NCBI GenBank assembly: GCA_016182485.1
Contig: JACPGH010000005.1
Coordinates: 64,305 to 128,304, forward strand
Length of the DNA stretch: 64,000 bases
Source: Candidatus Kaiserbacteria bacterium
GTDB taxonomy: Bacteria > Patescibacteriota > Minisyncoccia > Phycocordibacterales > Phycocordibacteraceae
Direction: 5' to 3'
Below the pieces are notes generated by a model. That model worked only from the letters and a program-made list of their open reading frames with translations, did not search any database and was not told the origin of the DNA. Below, piece after piece: positions 46,324 through 54,707 of this stretch (the stretch's first letter is position 1; each line of letters starts with the position of its first letter). A program made the translations under genes and the position numbers.

Positions 46324-46974
46324 ATGACCCCGGAAATCACCCTTTCCCTCATTATTCTCATTCTCTCGGTCATCGCGCACGAAGTGGCGCACGGGTATGC
46401 CGCTAACGCGCTAGGCGATCCTACCGCACGGCTCGCCGGCCGGCTCACGCTGAACCCCTTGCCGCACATCGATTTCTTGGGATCGGTCATCCTGCCCGCT
46501 CTGCTCGTCTTCTCGGGTTCGCCGATCTTGTTCGGCTGGGCCAAGCCGGTGCCGTACAATCCGTACAATCTTCGCAATCAGCGATGGGGAGAAGCGTTCG
46601 TTGCCGTCGCGGGCAGCGCGACCAACCTCCTGCTCGCCGTTATATTCGGCCTCCTCGTCCGGTATGGATCCGCGGGCGGCATGTTTTTCGTTCCGGGAAG
46701 CCCGGCTCTCTCGCTTGCCGCGACCATCGCATTCGTGAATCTCTTCCTGGGGCTCTTCAATCTGATCCCATTTCCACCCCTCGACGGCTTCACGGTCCTG
46801 CGCTGCGCGCTCCCTTGGAGTCTTTCTCGCGGCCTACTCTCCTTCGAAAGCTCCGTCCGGGGATTGGGCGCCATCTCGCTCATACTTTTCATCCTCATTT
46901 TCGCCTCTGTCCTCGCCAGGCCGTTCTACGGCCTCGTGCTCCTGCTCTTCGGCCTCCTCACGGGAGCGGCTTGA
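46324..46974 (+). CDS. M50-type (site-2 protease-like) zinc metalloprotease
   Basis: HEVAH (HExxH) inside a TM helix. Polytopic membrane protein. Confidence 0.6.
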   Translation: MTPEITLSLIILILSVIAHEVAHGYAANALGDPTARLAGRLTLNPLPHIDFLGSVILPALLVFSGSPILFGWAKPVPYNPYNLRNQRWGEAFVAVAGSATNLLLAVIFGLLVRYGSAGGMFFVPGSPALSLAATIAFVNLFLGLFNLIPFPPLDGFTVLRCALPWSLSRGLLSFESSVRGLGAISLILFILIFASVLARPFYGLVLLLFGLLTGAA

Positions 46975-47170
46975 CGCCCCAGATTTAACTTCTCGGCCGA
47001 TCGGTGATAATCTTTATAATAGAATCCGCAGTGAAAGGAGGTGGCGACATGCGAGTGGGCGCCTATGGGCGGATACCGATGCCCGTAACGCCGTCGAACG
47101 AGCGCGTCGACCAGCTGTGGCTGCGCTGGTTGCGCGAGAAGCTGCGCCGACGGAAACGAGCGCAAGCTGC

Positions 47171-47201
47171 CAAGACGGCCCGCCCCTAGGCGGGCCGTCT
47201 A
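47171..47201. terminator. hairpin terminator
   Basis: gacggcccgcccctaggcgggccgtc. Confidence 0.45.
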
Positions 47202-47266
47202 TATTGATAAGTCATTTTTGCTCGGGGCCATTTGACTAAGTATATACCGGCGTATATACTGCCCGC

Positions 47267-47521
47267 ATGACGACAACGATCCAAAAGTGGGGGAACAGCT
47301 ATGCCGTGCGCCTTCCCAAGACCGCCGTGCGTAAGCTTAATCTGCGGGCTGGTCAGTCCGTGGAGATTCGGGAAGCCGCTCACGGCAACGCGCCTTTCCT
47401 CTCCATTATTCCCACGCGACACCGTGTGCCGCCCCTTTCGGAAATGCTCGCGCGCATCACGAAGAAAAACCGCCATTCCGTCACCGATTGGGGCGAAGCG
47501 GTCGGGCAAGAGATATGGTAG
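47267..47521 (+). CDS. mazE: MazE/AbrB-fold antitoxin
   Basis: IQKWGNSYAVRLPK ... TDWGEAVGQEIW matches MazE end to end. Confidence 0.7.
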   Translation: MTTTIQKWGNSYAVRLPKTAVRKLNLRAGQSVEIREAAHGNAPFLSIIPTRHRVPPLSEMLARITKKNRHSVTDWGEAVGQEIW

Positions 47522-47859
47522 CGAAGCGCCCGCGCGTTCCTTGTCGCGGCGATATCATGTGGCTTGACTTCAACCCGGTTCGCGGGCATGAACAGGACGG
47601 AAGACGCCCGGCGCTTGTAATTTCTCCGGAGAAATACAATGTGGCGGCGGGACTCGCGCTGGTATGCCCCGTAACCTCTAAAACAAAAGGGTATCCTTTC
47701 GAGGTTGAATTCAAAATAAAGGCCGCGCAGGGAATAATACTCGCCGATCAGATCCGCGCGATAGACTGGACAAAGCGCCGCGCGGAGAAGCTCGGGACCG
47801 TATCAGAAGCGGTCATAACAACGGTGCAGGACTGCGTGAGAAAGCTCATCTTGGATTAG
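47516..47859 (+). CDS. mazF: MazF/PemK-family endoribonuclease toxin
   Basis: RGDI.WLDF.P..G.EQ.G.RPALVIS...VCPVTSK; start overlaps the mazE stop. Confidence 0.75.
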
Positions 47860-47977
47860 GTATTGACATATTTAAATAGAGTGTAGTATACTTTAAATTA
47901 GAAGTGCGGCTCTGTCAAAAAACGTTGTAAGTACGCCGCCCGGCGTTCACCGGGCACTGTCCCTGAGGAGGGGCATC

Positions 47978-48421
47978 ATGAAGAAGTTCGCCGCGCAGTT
48001 CACGCTCGCGTTCGCGTTCGTCATTGGGATCGCCGCGCTCGTCGCGCCGGCGCCCGCCGCGGCCGCCCAGGAGTGCGAGATCCGGTTCTGCTGGACCCAG
48101 GGCTACGTCGCCCCGGCCGGGCTCCTGGCGGCCAACCGGGTCCCCGTGCGATTCAACCTTCTCGATGACTTCGGCAACGTCATCGGCCAGATCCTGGTGT
48201 CGTCGGTCGCGATGAGCGACTTCCTGTCGCTCTACTCGACCTTCGGAATGCCGCCGATCGAGGTGGTGACGAAGCCCGTCTTCTACAGGGACGGGACGAT
48301 CGGCGCCGGGTGGGTTCTCAAGCCGGTGTGCCTGTATCCGGCAGAGGGGCCGACCGGCAGCCTCTGTGGCTGGCACGAGCCGGAGCCGACCGAGCCGCCC
48401 GTCCCGGACGGCAAGGGGTAG
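47978..48421 (+). CDS. secreted Cys-containing hypothetical protein (signal peptide); markedly higher GC than neighbours
   Basis: MKKFAAQFTLAFAFVIGIAALVAPAPAAAA signal peptide. About 70% GC with GC-rich third positions. The overlapping minus-strand ORF is judged spurious. Confidence 0.4.
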   Translation: MKKFAAQFTLAFAFVIGIAALVAPAPAAAAQECEIRFCWTQGYVAPAGLLAANRVPVRFNLLDDFGNVIGQILVSSVAMSDFLSLYSTFGMPPIEVVTKPVFYRDGTIGAGWVLKPVCLYPAEGPTGSLCGWHEPEPTEPPVPDGKG

Positions 48422-48572
48422 CACAGTTCCCGAAGGGGTCGTCTCGCCATCGGCGGACGACCCCTTCACTCTTTAGTGCCGAAAAGTGTTTCGAGATTAA
48501 AGAGTGATTAATTAAGTGAGTTTGAACAGCACGATGAAATTCGCGCGCTTCCTACTGGTATACTTATGCGCA

Positions 48573-49013
48573 ATGGAATACCAGGTGCCGCAGTTCATCG
48601 AAGTAGAAGACAAGATCGTCGGGCCGCTGACGCTCAAGCAGTTCATCTACCTCGCAGGCGGCGGGGGACTGTGCATCGTTTTCTTCGTGTACTTGCATCT
48701 CATACTCGCCCTTCTCTTCTCGGCGCCGATCGTCGCGCTCGCCGTCGCCCTCGCGTTCTACAAGAAAAACGGCAAGCCTTTCGTGGAGATAGTCGAGGCC
48801 GGCTTCAATTATTACGTTACCGGCAAGTTGTTTCTCTGGAAGCACGAGGAGCCGACCGCCAAGGAGAATAGCGCTGCCGCCGCGGCGGCGGCGGCGCAAG
48901 AGTCGGCAAGCCGCGCGAAGAATCCCAGACTTACGCGCGGCAAGCTCACCGAACTCGCTTGGGCGCTTGACGTCAAGGCGCTCGGCGGCACCCCGCAGAG
49001 CCGCGAACAATGA
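48573..49013 (+). CDS. PrgI-like small membrane protein (conjugation/T4SS-associated family)
   Basis: MEYQVPQFIEVEDKIVGPLTLKQFIYL N-terminus and two TM helices are characteristic of PrgI-family proteins. Confidence 0.45.
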   Translation: MEYQVPQFIEVEDKIVGPLTLKQFIYLAGGGGLCIVFFVYLHLILALLFSAPIVALAVALAFYKKNGKPFVEIVEAGFNYYVTGKLFLWKHEEPTAKENSAAAAAAAAQESASRAKNPRLTRGKLTELAWALDVKALGGTPQSREQ

Positions 49014-49642
49014 TCATGCCTACGAGAGCCCCCGGAGCCACCCAGCAGTTCGTCCCGGTCAAAGAGATACGGAACGGCGTTGTCGTTCTTAAAGACGGAG
49101 GCTATCGCGGCATCCTTATCTGTTCCTCCATAAACTTCGGCCTGAAGTCGGCCGAGGAGCAGCACGCGATCACGGTAGGCTTCCAGAACTTCCTCAACAC
49201 GCTCGATTTCTCGATCCAGATAGTCGTGAATTCGCGCAAGATGGACCTCCGCCCATACCTCTCGCTTCTTGAGCAGAAAGGCGCCGATCAAAAAAGCGAA
49301 CTGATGCGGATACAGCTGCGCGAATACATGGCGTTCATCCGCTCCTTCACCGAACAGGCGAATATCATGACGAAATCTTTTTATATCGTCGTGCCCTATG
49401 CGCCGCATGTCTCCGCTACGAGCGCCCTCAATATTCTAGGACGTAAAGGTCCCAAAAACACGGCCGAGACGACCTTCGAAGAGGATCGCGCACAGCTGGA
49501 ACAGAGACTCGCGCTCGTCGCGGGCGGCCTCGGCGGCACCGGCGTGCGCGCCGTCCCGCTCGGGACGGAAGAGGTCATCGAACTTCTATATCGATCCTTC
49601 AATCCGGGGGAGTTGGAAAATCCAATAAGGCTAGATAGTTAG
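49010..49642 (+). CDS. VirB4/TraC-like N-terminal domain protein (probably the 5' part of the split VirB4 gene)
   Basis: VPVKEIRNGVVVLKDGGYRGILICSSINFGLKSAEEQ resembles the VirB4 N-terminal region. Overlaps the PrgI-like stop. Confidence 0.45.
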   Translation: MIMPTRAPGATQQFVPVKEIRNGVVVLKDGGYRGILICSSINFGLKSAEEQHAITVGFQNFLNTLDFSIQIVVNSRKMDLRPYLSLLEQKGADQKSELMRIQLREYMAFIRSFTEQANIMTKSFYIVVPYAPHVSATSALNILGRKGPKNTAETTFEEDRAQLEQRLALVAGGLGGTGVRAVPLGTEEVIELLYRSFNPGELENPIRLDS

Positions 49643-49668
49643 GCTCTAGGCGCTAGGCTCTAGCTCAA
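49641..49668. repeat. CTAG-heptamer tandem (left flank of cassette)
   Basis: ttaggctctaggcgctaggctctagctc. Confidence 0.6.
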
Positions 49669-49678
49669 TACAAAAACC

Positions 49679-50137
49679 ATGAAGATTTCGCACGACGAAC
49701 TTGCTAAGTTTCTGGATGCAGCAAACAAGTCGACATACGCAAATAAAGACGCGCCGAAATCAGCGTCTTTGAGACCGTCCTCGGAGGACTACCATTTCGA
49801 GCTGGGGGACCTTGCCTATCATGACACCTACTTTGGTGCGCGCGATTTTATCGGGGAAGAAGTTGTGTACAAAATCTCGAAACCAGTGTGGGGTATGAAT
49901 TATTACGGCTATTTATTGAATCCCGACATATCTGCTGATGAAGTCTACACGGTTCTTCGTTCGGCATTATACAGCGATACATTACCAGTACGAGGACCTC
50001 GAGAGCACATTCGAGGAACTAGTAAGTATGCGAATCAAGTTGATGGAACGCTAAATAGATTTTCGGGCGAAGAAAAGATCTATTTTGATACGGAATTGGT
50101 GTACTGCTGTTGGTATCACGGCGGAAGTATTGAATGA
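49679..50137 (+). CDS. hypothetical protein (DUF5680-like?)
   Basis: ORF only; family assignment tentative. Confidence 0.3.
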   Translation: MKISHDELAKFLDAANKSTYANKDAPKSASLRPSSEDYHFELGDLAYHDTYFGARDFIGEEVVYKISKPVWGMNYYGYLLNPDISADEVYTVLRSALYSDTLPVRGPREHIRGTSKYANQVDGTLNRFSGEEKIYFDTELVYCCWYHGGSIE

Positions 50138-50138
50138 T

Positions 50139-50510
50139 ATGCAAACATTTCGGGATCTCGTCGTTTGGCAGAAGGCGGTCGAACTTGCTAAACAAATATA
50201 TATCCTGACACATCAGTTTCCCACGGAAGAGCGATTCGGTCTGGCTTCGCAAATGCAACGAGCCGCCGTCTCGATTCCCTCGAACATCGCTGAAGGAAAG
50301 CTGCGCGGGTCGTCGAAAGAATTTATACACTTCCTGCGTGTTGCCTTCGGGTCTGGTGGCGAACTTGAGACACAGATAGAAATCGCAAAGCGCTTACCGA
50401 GAACGGCAGCATTGAATTTCGCGTCGGTAGAAGCACTTCTCGATGAAATAATGCGGATGCTGAATGCTATGATTTCTGGTAGCGGGCATAAGCTAGCGCC
50501 TAGAGCCTAG
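50139..50510 (+). CDS. four-helix-bundle protein (family typically found in 23S rRNA intervening sequences)
   Basis: FRDLVVWQKA.EL...IY.LT..FP..E.FGL.SQ..RAAVSIPSNIAEG signature. Confidence 0.6.
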   Translation: MQTFRDLVVWQKAVELAKQIYILTHQFPTEERFGLASQMQRAAVSIPSNIAEGKLRGSSKEFIHFLRVAFGSGGELETQIEIAKRLPRTAALNFASVEALLDEIMRMLNAMISGSGHKLAPRA

Positions 50511-50518
50511 CGCCTGTA
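50491..50518. repeat. CTAG-heptamer tandem (right flank of cassette, inverted relative to the left flank)
   Basis: aagctagcgcctagagcctagcgcctg. Confidence 0.6.
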
Positions 50519-50521
50519 TTT

Positions 50522-52336
50522 ATGGCCTTATTAGACTTTCTCAACCGCAAGAGACAAGAACCGGAGATCGTACCGGTCCTTCCGAAAGACATTTACCGGC
50601 AGGGCTCGCTCAATCTAGTGGATACCATCGCGCCTACGGCGCTCAAGATCTCTCCAAGAGAGCTCGAGCTGGGCGAGAAATTCGTACGCGCGTTCTACAC
50701 CATCTCGTATCCGCGCTTCCTGACCGACAGCTGGTTCTCGCCGGTCATCAACCTCGACAAAGTGCTCGACGTTTCCATTTTTATTCATCCGATCGAGACG
50801 GGACAGGCGCTGCGCGCATTCCAGAAAAAGGTCGCTGAAGTCCAGAGCCAGATCAACGAGCGAGAATCCAGAGGCCTCGTGCGCGACCCTCTGCTCGATA
50901 CTGCGTACCAAGATCTGGAAACGCTACGCGACAGTCTCCAGCAGGCGCAGGAGAAGCTGTTTGAAGTCGGGCTCTACCTTGCGCTCTATGGAGATTCCAA
51001 AGAAGAAATAGACAAGACCGAGGGCGACATACGCGGCATACTCGACGCTAAGCTGGTCTACACGAAGCCCGCGCTCTTCCAGCAAGAGCAAGGCTTTCGT
51101 TCCTGCCTGCCTCTCGGCTCCGACGAGCTCATGGTGCATTCGAAATTGAACTCTTCGCCCATCTCCTCTTTCTTCCCGTTCGTCTCGTTCGACCTCACTA
51201 GCGACCGCGGCATCCTCTACGGCCTGAACCGCCACAATTCCTCGCTTATCCTCTTCGACCGTTTCTCCCTCGAGAACTACAACTCCGTCGTGTTCGCGAA
51301 ATCCGGCTCCGGCAAGAGCTACGCGACCAAGCTCGAGATCCTGCGCTCCTTGATGTTCGGGACCAACGTCATCGTTATCGATCCCGAACGAGAATACGAT
51401 CAACTCGTGGAAGCCACCGGCGGACGCTCCTTCCACATCTCGCTCTCCTCGGAGCACCACATCAACCCGTTCGACTTGCCGCCGATCCGGGAGGATGAGA
51501 ATCCGCGCGACATCCTGCGCTCGAACATCATCACGCTCGTCGGCCTTTTCCGCATCATGCTCGGCGGCCTCTCGCCAGAGGAGGACGCCATCATTGATCG
51601 GGCCATCAGCGAGACATACGCGCTCAAGGATATTACCGGAGACGCCGACTTCTCCGGCGCCGAACCGCCGCTGCTCTCCGATTTCGAGCAGGTGCTCTCG
51701 GGCATGGAAGGCAGCGAGTCGCTCGTCGAGCGGCTCTCGAAGTACACCCGCGGCACGTGGGCGGGGTTCTTGAACCAGCCGACCAACATCGATATCAATC
51801 AGCAGTTCGTCGTCTTCTCCGTACGCGACATGGAGGACGAGCTCAAGCCCGTGGCGATGTACATCATCACGCACTATATCTGGAACGCGGTCCGCCACGA
51901 GCTCAAGAAACGCCTGCTCATTATCGACGAGGCGTGGTGGATGATGAAGAGCGAAGACACCGCTTCCTTTCTCTACTCGGTCGCCAAGCGCGGGCGCAAG
52001 TATTATCTGGGCGTCGCCACCATCACGCAGGACGTCGAGGACTTCTTGAAAAGTCCCTACGGCCGCCCGATCCTCACTAACTCCTCCCTCCAGCTTTTGC
52101 TCAAGCAGTCGACAACGACTATCGACGTGCTGCAGCAGACTTTCAATCTTACCGACGAAGAGAAGTATCTCTTGCTCGAGGCCGGGGTAGGCGAGGGGCT
52201 TTTCTTCGCCGGCTTAAAGCACGTCGCAATCAAGGTCGTCGCGAGCTATACCGAGGATCAGATAATCACCTCCGATCCCTCGCAGCTTCTCGCGATAAAG
52301 GCGGAGAAGGACCGCCATGCCGCAGAGAAACAATAA
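50522..52336 (+). CDS. VirB4/TraC-like conjugal-transfer ATPase (C-terminal two-thirds)
   Basis: Walker A (KSGSGKSYATK), Walker B (LLIIDEAWWMM), and an upstream YPRFL VirB4 segment. Confidence 0.75.
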   Translation: MALLDFLNRKRQEPEIVPVLPKDIYRQGSLNLVDTIAPTALKISPRELELGEKFVRAFYTISYPRFLTDSWFSPVINLDKVLDVSIFIHPIETGQALRAFQKKVAEVQSQINERESRGLVRDPLLDTAYQDLETLRDSLQQAQEKLFEVGLYLALYGDSKEEIDKTEGDIRGILDAKLVYTKPALFQQEQGFRSCLPLGSDELMVHSKLNSSPISSFFPFVSFDLTSDRGILYGLNRHNSSLILFDRFSLENYNSVVFAKSGSGKSYATKLEILRSLMFGTNVIVIDPEREYDQLVEATGGRSFHISLSSEHHINPFDLPPIREDENPRDILRSNIITLVGLFRIMLGGLSPEEDAIIDRAISETYALKDITGDADFSGAEPPLLSDFEQVLSGMEGSESLVERLSKYTRGTWAGFLNQPTNIDINQQFVVFSVRDMEDELKPVAMYIITHYIWNAVRHELKKRLLIIDEAWWMMKSEDTASFLYSVAKRGRKYYLGVATITQDVEDFLKSPYGRPILTNSSLQLLLKQSTTTIDVLQQTFNLTDEEKYLLLEAGVGEGLFFAGLKHVAIKVVASYTEDQIITSDPSQLLAIKAEKDRHAAEKQ

Positions 52337-52946
52337 ACTACCGCCGCGGCCGCCGACCGTAACCTGGAAAAATGCGGTTCCCTTAGTGGCAGTGGCCGCC
52401 GTGTTCGACGCGGCGCGCATGTTCTTCGAGATGTTCTGGCTCTTCGGCCCAGTACTGCTCGGAGCTTACTGCACCGGCAAAGTGAGCGAATACGTAGGAA
52501 TGCTTGGGGGCGCGACCGTGGCGGCCTGCGGCGCCGGCGCCACCATCGTGGGCTACGTTTTTAGCCCTCATCTCGTTGTCTTTGGCTCCATAATGGCTAT
52601 CGCTGTCGGAATTTTTGGCTGGCTCACGGTGATGCTTCTGCTCGCGATGTTTAACGCCCGGATTTTCAAGACAGTCGCGAACGGCTGGCTCTGGTCCCTG
52701 CTCGGCCTCGGCGTCAGCGTCATACCTATTGTAGGCGCAATTCCCTCAATTACACTCTCTTTGCTCAAGCTATATCATGCGCAAATAAAAAAGGATCGCG
52801 CAGGACTCAAGGAGTGGCAAAAAACTACGCAAGAGATCCTCAAAAAAGTGGAGCGCGCCCGGCAAGAAGCGGAACTTGCGCGCTTATATCAAGAACAGGC
52901 CGCCGCCGAGGAAGAAATCCCCGAAGAGAGGCCGAAAGCCGCCTAA
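52317..52946 (+). CDS. hypothetical polytopic membrane protein (T4SS-module-associated)
   Basis: Four or more TM helices, charged coiled C-terminus. Confidence 0.4.
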   Translation: MPQRNNKLPPRPPTVTWKNAVPLVAVAAVFDAARMFFEMFWLFGPVLLGAYCTGKVSEYVGMLGGATVAACGAGATIVGYVFSPHLVVFGSIMAIAVGIFGWLTVMLLLAMFNARIFKTVANGWLWSLLGLGVSVIPIVGAIPSITLSLLKLYHAQIKKDRAGLKEWQKTTQEILKKVERARQEAELARLYQEQAAAEEEIPEERPKAA

Positions 52947-52969
52947 CCGCGCCCGGAGAGATATATACT

Positions 52970-53971
52970 ATGCACATGTACTCTCGCGCCCTGCGAGCCA
53001 CTGCGCTCCTTTCTCTCGCCCTCTTTCTCCCGGCACTGGCAGCCGCGCAGTTCGTCGGCGGGCCGAGCACGGCCCCGTTCTCTATCTCTCTCAGCCCGCG
53101 ATATCCCGCTCCCCAATCCCAGGCCGTTCTCTCGCTTCTCTCAAGCTCGATTAATCTCGCGAATGCGAAACTGTCGGTAACTGTCGCGGGCAAGACAATA
53201 TACGAAGGCGCCGCGCAGCCGGTCGCTATCCCGATCGGCAACACGGGAGAAATAACTTCGATCACTGCCGTCATTTCTGCCGGCGGCCGGAATTATAGCC
53301 AATCCATCCAAGTCCAACCACAGGACGTGGCGCTCATAGTTGAACCTGTCTCCTCGGCGCCGCTTCTCTATCCCGGGAAGCCTATGGTCCCCCTTGAAGG
53401 GAGCGCGCGGATGGTGGCCATCGCGAACCTGCGCGATGGCAGCGGGCGAATGCTCGCGCCGAATACGCTCTCGTACTCCTGGACCGTGGACGGAACGAAT
53501 CTCGCAAGCGCCTCGGGCATAGGGAAGAGCTCGCTCATGGTGGTTTCTCCTTTGCAGTACCGGCAGAGAACGGTATCCGTAAGAGTCGAGAGCCCGGATG
53601 GGAAGCTCTCGGGCGGAGCCGAGCATTCTCTTTCTCCAGCGCAGCCGGTCGCGCGCATTTATCGGAACGACCCTCTCCTCGGCATACTTTTCAACCGCGC
53701 GCTTTCCGGTAATTTCGCGATAACTACTTCAGAGGAGAGCCTTTATGCAGCGGTGTTTTCCCTCCCGGTCACAAGCGGCGCGCCGCTCCTGCAATGGTTT
53801 TTGAACGGCAAGGCGGCCCAGTCCGGGAGCAGCATAACCTTGCGGCCGGGCGGCAACGGGGAAGGGACGGCGTCTCTCTCCCTGACAGCCTCCGCGGCCG
53901 ACACGAAAGCGACAGCGACCCTGCCCCTCTCCTTCGGCACGCCGGCCGGAGGGAATCTTCTCGGCCTATGA
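52970..53971 (+). CDS. hypothetical secreted protein
   Basis: Signal peptide MHMYSRALRATALLSLALFLPALAAA. Confidence 0.4.
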   Translation: MHMYSRALRATALLSLALFLPALAAAQFVGGPSTAPFSISLSPRYPAPQSQAVLSLLSSSINLANAKLSVTVAGKTIYEGAAQPVAIPIGNTGEITSITAVISAGGRNYSQSIQVQPQDVALIVEPVSSAPLLYPGKPMVPLEGSARMVAIANLRDGSGRMLAPNTLSYSWTVDGTNLASASGIGKSSLMVVSPLQYRQRTVSVRVESPDGKLSGGAEHSLSPAQPVARIYRNDPLLGILFNRALSGNFAITTSEESLYAAVFSLPVTSGAPLLQWFLNGKAAQSGSSITLRPGGNGEGTASLSLTASAADTKATATLPLSFGTPAGGNLLGL

Positions 53972-54702
53972 AGAAAATCATTATTGTTGCCGCCCTATTC
54001 CTCCTAAGTCTGGCCCCGCATGCCCTCGCGGCAGAAAGCGGCTTTGTGGCGCTCGCCCCAATTACGGGTCTCACGGATCAAAGCACGACCGCGCTGGTGA
54101 ATTCAGGCGATCTTTCCGCTTTCTTCAACAATCTATACAAATACCTCATCGGGCTCGCGGCCATTCTTGCGATCATTCAAATCATGTATGGCGGCATTAG
54201 GATCGCCACGAACCAAGATAACGTGAGTCTGGTAACGGATATGAGAGGACGCATCGTGCAGGCGCTCTTCGGTCTCGTGCTCGTCCTCTCGCCGGCGATA
54301 GTCTTCTCGATCATCAATCCGCGCATTTTGGATCTCTCTATCGGCCTCTCGCCGCTGGACTTGCCGGCGCCAGTGTCGAGGTCCTCGGACGGGACATCGA
54401 CAACAACTATTTCCGCAGAGGATAGAACCGTTCGGGAAGCAATGGGGGGCAGAGTGGTTTGGAGTTTTACAATCAATAATGCCGCGCAAACGGGACGCCA
54501 GGCAACTGGAGCGATCCTCGACGACAAACAACAGCAGTGTACACGGGATACCGGAGGTACCGGTATTATCTTGCCCGACCCTCAAACTGGCGGAGGTGCT
54601 TTCGCTTATGTCTGTCAGACATGTCCTCCCAATACAACCATGGTCTTGCTCTCGCGCGGGCGCCCAGGTCCTGGGCCACGCGGGGCATGCCAACCGAATT
54701 AG
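53968..54702 (+). CDS. secreted/membrane protein with signal peptide and two TM helices (possible TrbC/VirB2-like pilin) and a Cys-rich tail
   Basis: MKKIIIVAALFLLSLAPHALA plus two hydrophobic helices. Topology resembles T4SS pilins. Confidence 0.3.
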   Translation: MKKIIIVAALFLLSLAPHALAAESGFVALAPITGLTDQSTTALVNSGDLSAFFNNLYKYLIGLAAILAIIQIMYGGIRIATNQDNVSLVTDMRGRIVQALFGLVLVLSPAIVFSIINPRILDLSIGLSPLDLPAPVSRSSDGTSTTTISAEDRTVREAMGGRVVWSFTINNAAQTGRQATGAILDDKQQQCTRDTGGTGIILPDPQTGGGAFAYVCQTCPPNTTMVLLSRGRPGPGPRGACQPN

Positions 54703-54707
54703 CTGCT

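Noticed and set aside
47915-48469. 184-aa minus-strand ORF overlapping the high-GC secreted-protein gene
   Set aside because: Arg/Gly/Asp-rich antisense shadow. The plus-strand ORF has a clean signal peptide, SD context and terminator.
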